IMG/VR virus record: IMGVR_UViG_3300044641_005242
Span: 62,001-117,256 of that record
DNA from: an uncultured virus (IMG/VR IMGVR_UViG_3300044641_005242)
Lineage: Duplodnaviria > Heunggongvirae > Uroviricota > Caudoviricetes
DNA: 55,256 nt
Reading direction: 5' to 3' (one strand)
Shown: positions 10,009-20,675 of the stretch, piece after piece
Position numbering within the stretch: position 1 is the stretch's first letter
Layout: each line of letters starts with the position of its first letter
Translations under genes and position numbers: made by a program
Notes under the pieces: model-generated
Database searches by the model: none
Seen by the model: only the letters and a program-made list of their open reading frames with translations
Told to the model about the DNA's origin: nothing

Positions 10009-10354
10009 TACATTGGATAATACACAAAAACAATTTAAATTGATTGATGGAGTTTATTCGATTGAAAATGATCGACTTACTAAGTGGATGTGGACTGCAC
10101 AAGAATTTAGTGGAGTTGTCAATAACATTGAGTATATTACACTCAGTATAATGTCAAATATTAAAAATAAGTTAATATATGAAGATAAGTCTATTGATTT
10201 GAATACCGAATGTTTGAATGTGGTAAAAATCAAGATGAGTGGTAAAACTAATTTTAAATTTAAACTGGAACTTCCATATGAAGTTAATAATGATTCACGA
10301 TCATTGGGTGTTATGTTAGTTGGTATAAAAGTAGAAGAGGACGTAATATTATAA
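9992..10354 (+). CDS. Hypothetical beta-rich protein
   Basis: 120 aa; GVYSIE...WMWT and DSRSLGV motifs resemble accessory beta-sandwich domains of GTs. Confidence 0.55.
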   Translation: MKISYNTLDNTQKQFKLIDGVYSIENDRLTKWMWTAQEFSGVVNNIEYITLSIMSNIKNKLIYEDKSIDLNTECLNVVKIKMSGKTNFKFKLELPYEVNNDSRSLGVMLVGIKVEEDVIL

Positions 10355-10360
10355 TCATAT

Positions 10361-11392
10361 ATGAAAATATTATACATGTCATGTCATGTTGTGCTGGAAT
10401 ATGATGAGTTGAGGATTTTGAACCAACTTGGTTATGATATAACTGTAATAGGAGGTTATCTTGATCCAAAAAATCCCCATGTAGATACTAGACCACGTTT
10501 GAATATTGATTCAAATAAAGATAGAGAAAATAAAATTCATAGATTATATAATTATAATAAAAATCTAGGAATTCCTATCGAAGAATGTTCTAATACTTTA
10601 ACTAAAGAAATTGTCGATGATTATGATGTTATTATTATAATGCACCGCATGGATTGGGTTGTTAAAAATTGGGATATTTTAAAAAATAAAATAGTAATAT
10701 TAAGAACTATAGGTCAAAATCTTGAAAATAATGAACTTTTAATTAGAAAATATATTCAAGATGGATTGAAAATTTTAAGATATTCTCCTAAAGAACGTGA
10801 ATTAAAAAATTATGCCGGTGAACATGGATTAATTAGATTCTTAAAATATAAATCGGATTTTAAAGATAGGAATATAAAAAACAATTGTGCGATTACATTT
10901 GGCCAAAATATGTATTATAGAAAAAATTGGTGTGGATTAAATGTAGCCGAATATGTTTCTAAAAAAGTACCATTTAAATTATTTGGTCCAGGAAATGAAA
11001 AACTAGAATTTTCAGGCGGTCGTATAAATTACAATCAACAATTGGAAGAGTATGCATCAAATTCTTGTTATTTGTATACAGGAACATTTCCGGCACAATA
11101 TACATTAAATTTTATAGAAGCTTTGATTGCAGGTATACCTATTGTATCGATAGGTAAAAATCTATCTCAACAGATGGTAGAATCATATCCGTTTGAAGTT
11201 CCATATATACTAGATGAGGTGTCTGGGTATAGTTATGATGATATGGACAAAATAGTCGATACATTAAATGAACTTATAATGGATAAAAAATTAAATGAAG
11301 AAGTATCCAGAAAACAATCCGAATTAGGCATACGATTGTTTTCTGTAGAGGAAAACATACATCAATGGAAAGATTTTTTAAATAATTTATGA
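10361..11392 (+). CDS. Putative GT-B glycosyltransferase
   Basis: MKILYM start, LFGPGN, YTLNFIEALIAGIPIVS, C-terminal FSVEENIHQW. Confidence 0.8.
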   Translation: MKILYMSCHVVLEYDELRILNQLGYDITVIGGYLDPKNPHVDTRPRLNIDSNKDRENKIHRLYNYNKNLGIPIEECSNTLTKEIVDDYDVIIIMHRMDWVVKNWDILKNKIVILRTIGQNLENNELLIRKYIQDGLKILRYSPKERELKNYAGEHGLIRFLKYKSDFKDRNIKNNCAITFGQNMYYRKNWCGLNVAEYVSKKVPFKLFGPGNEKLEFSGGRINYNQQLEEYASNSCYLYTGTFPAQYTLNFIEALIAGIPIVSIGKNLSQQMVESYPFEVPYILDEVSGYSYDDMDKIVDTLNELIMDKKLNEEVSRKQSELGIRLFSVEENIHQWKDFLNNL

Positions 11393-11973
11393 ATAAATCT
11401 CAACAAGTAGAAAAATGGTACGAAGAGAATTACAAAAGTAAATCAGGATGTCGATTTGATACATTTAAAATGACATTGAAATGTTTGTATGAAAGAGTTG
11501 AAAATCCTTTTATTTTTGAAACCGGAACATTAAGATTAGAAAATGATTTTGGTGCGGGATATTCAACATATATTTTTGGACAATGTTTATCTTTATTTGG
11601 AGGTAATTTGTTGACCGTCGATATAAGTCCTATAAATATGGATACATGTAAAAGAATAACCCAAGAATTTTCTAATCATATTACTTATATAACCGACGAT
11701 TCTTTAAATACAATACGCAATTTTGAAGGTAAGATCGATCTTTTATATTTAGACTCATTTGATTGTCCTATAGAAGGAGATGCTAGCGAATCACAAAAAC
11801 ATAATTTAAATGAATTTAAGTTGGCAGAACATAAACTACATGAGAAATCTTTAATATTAATTGATGATGTAAACTTTCCAAATGGAGGAAAGGCTAAATT
11901 AACACATGAATATTTAGAAAGTAATGGATATAAACTGTTGCTTATAAATCAACAATCGGTTTGGTGTAGATAA
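11389..11973 (+). CDS. Class I SAM-dependent methyltransferase
   Basis: IFETGT, TVDIS, DSL, IDLLYLDS, ILIDD, GGK. Confidence 0.85.
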   Translation: MNKSQQVEKWYEENYKSKSGCRFDTFKMTLKCLYERVENPFIFETGTLRLENDFGAGYSTYIFGQCLSLFGGNLLTVDISPINMDTCKRITQEFSNHITYITDDSLNTIRNFEGKIDLLYLDSFDCPIEGDASESQKHNLNEFKLAEHKLHEKSLILIDDVNFPNGGKAKLTHEYLESNGYKLLLINQQSVWCR

Positions 11974-11977
11974 ATAT

Positions 11978-13033
11978 ATGAATGTTTTGATAGATTATCA
12001 TCACGGTGAGTTGTATGAGTCTTTATTGAAGCTATTTGAAGACAGATTAGCATTTAATGTATATAGACCAATTGGTAAAGAGTGGTTTGATGAAGGATAT
12101 TGGAAAATATCGGATGATAAAGGTGTAGTAGAACAATATCTTAAATTTTTTGATTTTCACATTGAGGTAGAAAACGGCATTTATATAGATAATTGGCCCA
12201 GAGGTTTTAAAAAAAATATAGAAAATGAAAGAAAACATAAATGTATTACTCTGAATGCAGCTAAAGAAATAAAGTGGGATATAATTGTTTCAACAATTAA
12301 TGAACAGTTTTTTCCAATGGAAAATTTTATAAAAAAATATTGTCCCTCTACAAAACACATATTACAAGTTGGAAATATGTGTTATCCGGTACATCCAGAT
12401 GCAAAAAATGTTTTAAATTCAACAACATCAATTTGTAACGCGCCTAATTATATAGAATATAATCAAGAATTTGATTTAACTCCATTTGTATATAAAAAAC
12501 CAAGTAACATAAAATCGATATCTTCTTTTTTGCATTTTAATTCTAGACATAAAGGTTACCGATTTTTTGAAATGGAATCTGAAATGAAAGATTGGACATT
12601 TAAGGAATATGGTGTCGGCAATAGAGATGGATGTTCCAAAACTTATCATGGACAATGTGAACAATATTTGAACACTGGATTTGTATGGCATGTGAAACTA
12701 ATCGGCGATGGTTATGGTTACAATTTATATAAAACTTTAGCTTCAGGCCGACCATTGGTTCTAAATTATAGTCATTTTTATAAAAATAATCACAAACTAT
12801 TTAATAGAAATTATTTTGATATTGAGAGAACTATAATAGATTATCAAAAATACTTTTCTCCAACAGATTTAAATTTTGATAATAAATCTAATTCAGATCT
12901 TAAATACGAACTGGAAAAAAAATTAGAAAATTGGGACGATAATAGTTTATATATTTATAATAAATTTCGTGAATTAGTTAATTTCGACGAAGAATTTACT
13001 AAAATAAAAATATTTATAGAAAAATTAATATAA
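11978..13033 (+). CDS. Putative GT-B glycosyltransferase
   Basis: WHVKLIGDGYGYNLYKTLASGRPLV (GT4-like C-terminal motif). Confidence 0.65.
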   Translation: MNVLIDYHHGELYESLLKLFEDRLAFNVYRPIGKEWFDEGYWKISDDKGVVEQYLKFFDFHIEVENGIYIDNWPRGFKKNIENERKHKCITLNAAKEIKWDIIVSTINEQFFPMENFIKKYCPSTKHILQVGNMCYPVHPDAKNVLNSTTSICNAPNYIEYNQEFDLTPFVYKKPSNIKSISSFLHFNSRHKGYRFFEMESEMKDWTFKEYGVGNRDGCSKTYHGQCEQYLNTGFVWHVKLIGDGYGYNLYKTLASGRPLVLNYSHFYKNNHKLFNRNYFDIERTIIDYQKYFSPTDLNFDNKSNSDLKYELEKKLENWDDNSLYIYNKFRELVNFDEEFTKIKIFIEKLI

Positions 13034-13034
13034 C

Positions 13035-14150
13035 ATGACAAGAGACATTTTATTGCCAACAGTTGGAAATATATTTATGGATGATTTCCAGTGGAAGATT
13101 CTTAAAAAAAATGCATACGATTATTTTGATAATATTATTGTATTTTTAAATACTCCTAATTTAAATGATGATTTGATTTCAGATTACAAAAAATTGTATA
13201 ATGATAGAAAAGTAATTTTTTTAGAACCCAAAAATCATTTTACAAATCATAATACTGCTATGGAAATTTTAGCAAAAGCTAGTAAATCAACAACTGCGTG
13301 TTTTATAGAGTCAGATTTTTTTATATATGATGGAAAAATTTTAAATGATGGGTTTAAAAAAATAGAAACTGAGGAAATAGACTTTGTAGGTAATCCTAGA
13401 GGATTCTGTTCTATGGAAGTTTTAGAAGAATTTAGGAAACAACATGTATCAATGAAGTATTTGTATGAAGATGGGTTGGAGTGGAATTGGCCTAATATTG
13501 AACGATGGCCCGCAAAATCTTTGTGGTTTGCATGGTGGCCATGTGGATTCTATACAAAAAGTAATATAATAAAAAATTATGAATTATATGAACAGCCAAA
13601 TATGAAATCCGGCGAGAAAATTAAATATTTAAATGATTATGTATGTAAAAATGATGTTTATTATGATACATTTGCATATGGTGGTTTAATTTTAGCTCAT
13701 AATAAAACAAAATTTGATATTCAATATTTAGATCAATTTGATGAGACAACTGGAATCGTAGGCGAAACTTTGGGTCATTTAATAGATATTGATCATATAC
13801 AAAATGTTAAATATAAATCTCATCATATTTGTAATTCATCTACACAATTGAATTCTAGGGGATTAGATCCACATGAATATGATGAAAAATCTATATTATT
13901 AAATGATGTAAATACAATTAAAAATATTGTAATATTTGATGCATTTTTAGATATTTATCCAAGTAAAAATTCAAATTATTATAAATTTATAAAAAATAAA
14001 TGGGATATATATTTAAAATTTGTAGAAAGGGGATTAAAAAATAATAATTACGAATTTAAAAATATATGCGGAACATCATATATTATGACATTTGAAAGAG
14101 TTATGTTTTTATCTAATTTGTATAAACAAAAATTTCAATTAGAATATTAA
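13035..14150 (+). CDS. Putative GT-A glycosyltransferase
   Basis: CFIESDFFI (ExD); paralog of the next gene. Confidence 0.55.
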   Translation: MTRDILLPTVGNIFMDDFQWKILKKNAYDYFDNIIVFLNTPNLNDDLISDYKKLYNDRKVIFLEPKNHFTNHNTAMEILAKASKSTTACFIESDFFIYDGKILNDGFKKIETEEIDFVGNPRGFCSMEVLEEFRKQHVSMKYLYEDGLEWNWPNIERWPAKSLWFAWWPCGFYTKSNIIKNYELYEQPNMKSGEKIKYLNDYVCKNDVYYDTFAYGGLILAHNKTKFDIQYLDQFDETTGIVGETLGHLIDIDHIQNVKYKSHHICNSSTQLNSRGLDPHEYDEKSILLNDVNTIKNIVIFDAFLDIYPSKNSNYYKFIKNKWDIYLKFVERGLKNNNYEFKNICGTSYIMTFERVMFLSNLYKQKFQLEY

Positions 14151-14152
14151 AT

Positions 14153-15274
14153 ATGAGAACTGCTATAATCATGTCGGATGGAAATCCTTTTAATTTAAAT
14201 ACTTGGTATTATTTTTTACATAATTGGATTGATGAAGTTGATCGTGTGATCGTTTCAATATCAACTACTATGGATGATGAGTACAAACTCGGAATTCAAT
14301 CTATTTGTAATCAACATCCTAAAATAAAATTACTTTTTCAAAATAGAGATAGATTCACTACTCCGTCGGAATTATTATATTATGGTTGTGAAGATGTAGA
14401 ATATGGAAATGTTGTATTTCTCGAAGATGATATTTTTATATTTGAAAAGGGAGTATTGGATGAAAAATTTAAAATGTTAGAATCTGGCAAATATGAAATA
14501 ATTGGAACAGATAAACCATTTGCATCCGAATATCCTCATCTTAAAAATTATGTAGAAAATGAATTAAAGTTAATCGGCGGGTTTCACCCAAGTTGGCTTT
14601 TTTTCAACATAGAATTGTATAAAAAAGCTAAAGAAATCTATAGAGATTTTTATTTAAAAAATATAGAAAATATACAATTCAGATCCACGACAATAGAACC
14701 ATCTTTATTTGGAGATTGTTGTTATGGTAAAAATACAATATTTACTTTTTTTGATAATTATATTTTTGATAATAAGTCTGATGTCTACGACCGATATTGT
14801 GATGAGGTTACTACAATATTTGGTTGTTTAATTAGAAAATTAGTTAAAAAAGAAAACATATTAAGTACAGATGAATGGCACGAACATCGACAAGTTTATG
14901 ACCCGAATGTTATTTATAAAAAATGGATTCATATAAATGAGGTAGCTGGAATATATGGAATTTATGGTTCTATACGAGATCAAAATGGAAAACCATTGTT
15001 TAATTTAATTAAAGGTAGAGATGATGTATTACCATCTGAATTATCTGAATTATTTTGGCGTAATGTAACCCCAGAAAAAATTAATCAAAACAAACCTATA
15101 TTTGAAAAAAGAATGGGTTATCAAACATTTTCTATTAGTTTATGGAAACACAATTTTTTATTAGATCTGGCGGAAAAATATAAAAATGGAATAAAGTATT
15201 TTATACAATACTATGATCTATCAATAGATAATATTAGAAAATATGAATCTTCTTATAATAGAATTTTAAAATGA
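14153..15274 (+). CDS. Putative GT-A glycosyltransferase
   Basis: VVFLEDDIFI, WIHI; paralog of the preceding gene. Confidence 0.55.
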   Translation: MRTAIIMSDGNPFNLNTWYYFLHNWIDEVDRVIVSISTTMDDEYKLGIQSICNQHPKIKLLFQNRDRFTTPSELLYYGCEDVEYGNVVFLEDDIFIFEKGVLDEKFKMLESGKYEIIGTDKPFASEYPHLKNYVENELKLIGGFHPSWLFFNIELYKKAKEIYRDFYLKNIENIQFRSTTIEPSLFGDCCYGKNTIFTFFDNYIFDNKSDVYDRYCDEVTTIFGCLIRKLVKKENILSTDEWHEHRQVYDPNVIYKKWIHINEVAGIYGIYGSIRDQNGKPLFNLIKGRDDVLPSELSELFWRNVTPEKINQNKPIFEKRMGYQTFSISLWKHNFLLDLAEKYKNGIKYFIQYYDLSIDNIRKYESSYNRILK

Positions 15275-15834
15275 ATAAAAATAGAATTGATTTTTTATTA
15301 CAATCTAAACGATTGGAGTTTAAAAATAAACAATCTAATACTACGAAAGGATTATACGATTTAATAATTAAATATATTAATAAAGAATCCATTGTAGTAG
15401 AGTTGGGGAGTTTCTCTGGTATTTCATCTGAGTTATTTGCATTACATTGTAAGGAATTACATTGTGTAGATCCATGGTCACCATATTGGGAAATAAAAGA
15501 TGTTGAAAAAATGTATGAAGCTGAATTACGATTCGATTCGATGATGAAAAATTATGATAATATTATCAAACACAAAATGAGTTCAGAAAACGCTTCATCT
15601 ATTTTTGAAAATTCAAGTGTAGATATAATTTATATTGATAGTGATCATTCTTCTGAAAATGTAGAGAAGGAAATAAAAATGTGGTTGCCTAAAATTAAAA
15701 AAGATGGATATATATCGGGTCATGATTTTAATATGCCTACCGTTTTTAATGTTGTTACTAATTATTTCGATCCAACCCTTATAGAAATTTTCAATGATAC
15801 ATCTTGGATTACAAAAGTATCTAATATTAAATAA
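15271..15834 (+). CDS. Class I SAM-dependent methyltransferase (Methyltransf_24-like)
   Basis: VELGSFSGIS, CVDPW, DIIYIDSDH, GYISGHDF. Confidence 0.9.
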   Translation: MNKNRIDFLLQSKRLEFKNKQSNTTKGLYDLIIKYINKESIVVELGSFSGISSELFALHCKELHCVDPWSPYWEIKDVEKMYEAELRFDSMMKNYDNIIKHKMSSENASSIFENSSVDIIYIDSDHSSENVEKEIKMWLPKIKKDGYISGHDFNMPTVFNVVTNYFDPTLIEIFNDTSWITKVSNIK

Positions 15835-15842
15835 TTCTCGAT

Positions 15843-16982
15843 ATGAAGATATTGTTTAGTTTTGAATCTTCAAGAATGCCGGTTAGATCTGTTACTCTGA
15901 TCAATTGGTTAATTCACCGGGGTCACATCGTGCATGTTTTATATGAAGAATCTGTTGGACATGAACCCATGTCAGATTGTGGGTTTAACAGAACAGATAT
16001 CAATATGAATCATGTGAGAATAATAAAATTATCAAAAATAAAACACTCTAAAATTTGTAAAATTCATCCAAATGATACAATTAAAAACTTTAACGATTAT
16101 GATATATGGTTTGCTGATATATTAAATTATAAAAATTATCATCAATTAAGTGCTTACCATAATGATTTTAAAACTTTTAAAAATAAATTAGTCATAATAT
16201 CATTCGATGACGGGCCTATTTTCTTTGATCATAGACTTGATGAAGAGTTGCATGAACGTGTTGATTGTTGGGTTAATAATTTACTAGAACGAGATAGATC
16301 TAACTATCATAAGAGCATACAAAATAAATGTATGTTGATACCAACCTATATAGAAGATAGCAACGTTAACTACGATGAATTTAAACAATCAATAAAATCA
16401 TTCTTAGATAAAGAATCGAAGGTTTATTTTTCTGGTACTATAACAGGATGTATGCCTGCAATAGATTGTAGAGTTAATTCTATACTTGCTTTGTATAATA
16501 GTGCTATACCTAACAATATAAGAGTTATTGGTGTAGAATCAAATCCAGTATTTGAGTACTTTTATAATTTTTATTTACATCAATCTATTAAAAAGAATAT
16601 GGTTGATAGATCTACTTTTCTAAATGAAATGAATGATCATAAGTTTATATTATCTCCTAAAGGTAATTGTCAGCCTCTTCGTCGTCAATATGAATCATTC
16701 GCTTTCAATAACTTAGTATTTATCAACGAAAATAATGTAGTTGATTATTTGTTTGAAGGTACACCAAACGTACACTTTGTACAATATAAATTGGATTGTA
16801 GTGATTTGAAAGAAAAACTTAATTATTACTACAATAACTTGGACGAAGCCAAGAAGATTGCAGATGCCGGTACAAAGTTTTGGGAAGAAAATTGTAGAAT
16901 TTATCCAGATGGCAGTTTATCAGAATCAGTTTCTAGTTATTTAATAGATAACTTTAAGACAATTACTGGTATTTCATTATGA
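15843..16982 (+). CDS. Putative glycosyltransferase (GT47/GT90/CgeB-like C-terminal domain)
   Basis: VYFSG, KFILSPKGN, RQYESF, PNVHFV, DCSDLKEKL, AKKIADAG. Confidence 0.75.
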   Translation: MKILFSFESSRMPVRSVTLINWLIHRGHIVHVLYEESVGHEPMSDCGFNRTDINMNHVRIIKLSKIKHSKICKIHPNDTIKNFNDYDIWFADILNYKNYHQLSAYHNDFKTFKNKLVIISFDDGPIFFDHRLDEELHERVDCWVNNLLERDRSNYHKSIQNKCMLIPTYIEDSNVNYDEFKQSIKSFLDKESKVYFSGTITGCMPAIDCRVNSILALYNSAIPNNIRVIGVESNPVFEYFYNFYLHQSIKKNMVDRSTFLNEMNDHKFILSPKGNCQPLRRQYESFAFNNLVFINENNVVDYLFEGTPNVHFVQYKLDCSDLKEKLNYYYNNLDEAKKIADAGTKFWEENCRIYPDGSLSESVSSYLIDNFKTITGISL

Positions 16983-17914
16983 TGTTTGATTTAAAAAATT
17001 TAGAGATTCAAATTTTAAAAAAATTCAATGGATTAAATAATTATTTTAATCCATCATATTTTGAGGGTGATGTCACACAAATCCGAGGTAACATTCATAA
17101 AACATTACATGTGACCAAAACTATATTTCGTAGAGAGTCTATATTTAATAATAAGATACTTGTAAGTGATATAGTAGATAATCAAGATAATGTTTTATTG
17201 CAACACTATATAGATGAAAACTTTTTATGGTCTTATGAAGATGCTAGATTTATAAATGATAATGAAATAAGCGTGTGTTGTTGTAAACGAGATAAAAACG
17301 ACTTGGTTAAAATAATAAATGTAGAATATAAAAAGTATAATTTAACCACAAAAGAGTTAACTCACTTTAAAACACAAAATGCTCATTTTGAAAAACATTG
17401 GCAATTTTATAATGACAAAATAATCTATCATGTAAATCCATATACAATTATGGATAGTAAAGAAGAGGTTATATTTAAAAAACAACTTAATTGGCAGCCA
17501 TGGGTCGAAAGATATGGCAACCCAGGATTAAGTACAAATGTATTTGAAGTGGGTGGAATTAAGTATCTATTGTTTCATAGTTATGTTTGGTTTAGTCGTC
17601 TTAATTTTAAATACTTCATCGGATTATTACGATTAAATGACGATTTATCTCCCGTGGGATATGCAATTAATCCATTGTTTGAAGCTAATAGAGAATATAG
17701 CGACAATACATTATTAAATGATTTGTGGAATTGGAGAAAAACCGAGTTGTGTGAAGTTGTTAAATATGAGGTAATATTTCCAATGAATGTTGTGATAGAT
17801 GATACAAATATTAACATATATGGCGGATTGAATGATTGTAGTTGTGTTAACATAAAACTCAATAAATTTGAATTTATAGAAAAAGTTAAAAACGAATCGT
17901 TTATATTGGTATGA
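16979..17914 (+). CDS. Five-bladed beta-propeller GH130-like protein (glycosidase, phosphorylase or transferase)
   Basis: YEDARF, EKHWQF, LLFHS, VIFPM, IYGGLND match the GH130-like EDxR/EKNW/VxFP/YGxxD pattern. Confidence 0.65.
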   Translation: MMFDLKNLEIQILKKFNGLNNYFNPSYFEGDVTQIRGNIHKTLHVTKTIFRRESIFNNKILVSDIVDNQDNVLLQHYIDENFLWSYEDARFINDNEISVCCCKRDKNDLVKIINVEYKKYNLTTKELTHFKTQNAHFEKHWQFYNDKIIYHVNPYTIMDSKEEVIFKKQLNWQPWVERYGNPGLSTNVFEVGGIKYLLFHSYVWFSRLNFKYFIGLLRLNDDLSPVGYAINPLFEANREYSDNTLLNDLWNWRKTELCEVVKYEVIFPMNVVIDDTNINIYGGLNDCSCVNIKLNKFEFIEKVKNESFILV

Positions 17915-18561
17915 ATATTTTAAACAAATACTTTAGCAAGATATATGTAATTTCTTCCTATGCCAGTCAAAATAGATTATATGATTTATTGTCGTTCTTT
18001 GAAAAAGAACAGATAGAATTTGAATTAGTAATAGGCCCAAAGAAAAAATATTTTAAACAAGATTATACAAAAACAAACAATACAGAAGGTGTACAGAGTT
18101 GTATAAGTGCAATCGAATCTATATTGTTAAAAGAATCTTTTTTAAAATCAGAAACGTTTTGTATCATGGAGGATGATGTATTTTTTGATGATGCATATCA
18201 ATCAAAATTGACAAACTTTTTTGATAAATTACCAAATGATTGGGATATCCTGAATTTAGGATACCATGAATATACATCTTTAAAAATAGATACTGGTCTT
18301 TTATACTACAAAATAGACAAAAGTGAAAGAATATGCGGATCACATATTGTTGCTTTTAAACCAAACACGGTAAATCTATTGATGAATGCAATTGAAAATT
18401 GTATTTTTCCGATGGATTGGTTTTTAAATGATGATATATATCCACATTTTAACACGTATGTTTGCACAGAAATTATGTTTTATGGAGCTTCGTATCGTGA
18501 AAACGAAAATAATAAACACTTATTCTATAAAAAATATGAAACTGCTATAAAAGCGTTATGA
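17911..18561 (+). CDS. GT25-like glycosyltransferase
   Basis: KIYVIS, CIMEDDVFF, LPNDWDILNLG, PMDW. Confidence 0.8.
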   Translation: MNILNKYFSKIYVISSYASQNRLYDLLSFFEKEQIEFELVIGPKKKYFKQDYTKTNNTEGVQSCISAIESILLKESFLKSETFCIMEDDVFFDDAYQSKLTNFFDKLPNDWDILNLGYHEYTSLKIDTGLLYYKIDKSERICGSHIVAFKPNTVNLLMNAIENCIFPMDWFLNDDIYPHFNTYVCTEIMFYGASYRENENNKHLFYKKYETAIKAL

Positions 18562-19124
18562 AAGTGGTAGTCGCTCATTATAATGAAAATATATCTTGGT
18601 TGAATAATATTGGTTGTAATTATATTGTTTATAGCAAAGGAAGTGTTGATTTGATGTATTCAAATACTACATTAACAAATGTAGGTAGAGAGGCAGACAC
18701 GTATTTACATCATATAATAGAAAACTATGATTGTTTAGATAACACATTAATCTTTTTACAAGGAAATCCATTTGATCATTGTCATGATGTTTTACATAAA
18801 GTTAATAACATCACTGATCAAGAAATTAAATGGTTATGTTCTAATTGGGGTCCGGTTACTAAGGATTATCAAGGGGGGGCTGGATCCATACCATTGCCTT
18901 TATTAGAGTTGTGTGATAAACTTTTTGATTTAAAATTTGATCAAACCAAAACTTTTACATTTTCTCCAGGCGCACAATATGTGGTACCAAAAAAATTTAT
19001 CTTAAATAAATCTTTAGATTGGTGGAAATATTGTTATTCAATTTTTAATGATTATATTGATACATCTCCGTGGGCTTATGAACGTTTATGGCCTATAATT
19101 TGGGATTATTCTACATACCAATAA
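18558..19124 (+). CDS. DUF3431-family protein
   Basis: VVVAHYNENISW, NVGREADTYLHHII, FLQGNPFDH, GAQYVV, YERLW. Confidence 0.85.
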   Translation: MKVVVAHYNENISWLNNIGCNYIVYSKGSVDLMYSNTTLTNVGREADTYLHHIIENYDCLDNTLIFLQGNPFDHCHDVLHKVNNITDQEIKWLCSNWGPVTKDYQGGAGSIPLPLLELCDKLFDLKFDQTKTFTFSPGAQYVVPKKFILNKSLDWWKYCYSIFNDYIDTSPWAYERLWPIIWDYSTYQ

Positions 19125-19924
19125 CCACACTCTTTTATAAAGTCAACTTTATCACTTGTTACAAACGTTGGATGAAATGTATCACATTTTAATTTTTTAA
19201 TTTCGTATGGCGTATAAATGTAACCACAATTACTTAAAGTGTGTATATAATCTGGTACTGAACAGATATTAATATTTTGTTCGGAAAAGTATTTTGTTAA
19301 AATATGTTCGTCGAGATTACCACTATTTTTACCAATATGTGGTATAAATAATTCACAATATTTTTTTATTATAGCGAGAGATTGTTTTGATTGATAACTT
19401 GCCATAAATCCAGTATTAATCATGGAATGTTTACCGATCCAGTGATAAAGATTTGGAGAATTAATATCAACACACACATTTATGTTCAAATAATATTTGA
19501 ATGCAAATAAGTTTGTTGTACAATGTCCGAATTTGTATTTTTCATACATTAAAGCTTTAAGATTCTCTACAAAATTAGAAAAAATCAATACGTCCGCATC
19601 TAACAAACATACATATTCATTTTTTTCTAATGTTTGGTAAAAACAATCGTGTTTCAAAAATTGCAATGTAGAATAGGAATTGTTTCCATGACCACATTTA
19701 GAAAGTTCGTCTGAATGTAAATTAGAATTATAATAATCATTAAATAAGACCGGTGTATATTTTTTTATTTCACATTCTAGATTTAATTTTAAAAGATCGT
19801 CGATTGCTATATCACTCGGCGTATAAATTATTAAATCGGCATGTAGATTAAATCTTTTTAATTGCAAATACAAATTATGTGCTATGCCGATATATGCGTG
19901 ATTTATAAAAGTAATTAATTTCAT
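19106..19924 (-). CDS. Nucleotide-diphospho-sugar transferase (GT77-like)
   Basis: LLDADV (DxD), INTGFM, DEHIL, FHPT. Confidence 0.7.
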   Translation of the reverse strand: MKLITFINHAYIGIAHNLYLQLKRFNLHADLIIYTPSDIAIDDLLKLNLECEIKKYTPVLFNDYYNSNLHSDELSKCGHGNNSYSTLQFLKHDCFYQTLEKNEYVCLLDADVLIFSNFVENLKALMYEKYKFGHCTTNLFAFKYYLNINVCVDINSPNLYHWIGKHSMINTGFMASYQSKQSLAIIKKYCELFIPHIGKNSGNLDEHILTKYFSEQNINICSVPDYIHTLSNCGYIYTPYEIKKLKCDTFHPTFVTSDKVDFIKECGYWYVE

Positions 19925-19943
19925 TTCATTATATATATACTAA

Positions 19944-20675
19944 ATGATTACTATTGTTTCTCCAATTTATTTAGGACAAAATCACAGAGTTGAGTATCAC
20001 AAAGTCTTTTTAAATTGTTGTAAAAATCTTAGAAGTTTTGACAAAATAAAATTTGTATTTTTTTATGAAAAATCTATATTAGATATGTCAATCGTCGATG
20101 ATTTGAAAAAATATGAAAATGTAGATTTACACATCAACACTTACGATTTTAAAACATATCTTAATCAATACAATTGTTTAAATTATTGTTTTGAACATTT
20201 GGGATTGGAACGTGTAATTTATCTTGAGGATGATGTTGAGATTTCAAATGATATATATGATCTTACAAATTTTTATATAAATTCTGACCAGTATCAGGAT
20301 AAAAATATATTATGTTATTTGAACAAAGACAATATTGTTGAGACCATTCCCACAAGATCTGATTTGATAGAAGTTAAAAGAAATTTCAAGAGATTAGATA
20401 TGCAAGATATGGATTATTTTACACCATGGGGATTCTTAGCAACTAAACATCTTTGGGATAGATATTTGAAATATTGGGATAAGAGTACATCGTTTGATTG
20501 GTTAGTTGTTAAAAATTGCAAAGATTCATATAATATAGTAACACCGCAAGAATCAAGAGTTAATCATATAGGAGTTTGTGGTATGAATTATAACGAAGAA
20601 ATGTTTAAGTATCACAATTTTGCGGCGTATAAAGTTAAACAATATAGTGATGTAATAAATTATAGTTATGTATGA
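19944..20675 (+). CDS. GT-A glycosyltransferase (GT13/GnT-I-like motifs)
   Basis: IYLEDDVEIS, FTPWG, FDW, PQESRVNHIG. Confidence 0.7.
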   Translation: MITIVSPIYLGQNHRVEYHKVFLNCCKNLRSFDKIKFVFFYEKSILDMSIVDDLKKYENVDLHINTYDFKTYLNQYNCLNYCFEHLGLERVIYLEDDVEISNDIYDLTNFYINSDQYQDKNILCYLNKDNIVETIPTRSDLIEVKRNFKRLDMQDMDYFTPWGFLATKHLWDRYLKYWDKSTSFDWLVVKNCKDSYNIVTPQESRVNHIGVCGMNYNEEMFKYHNFAAYKVKQYSDVINYSYV

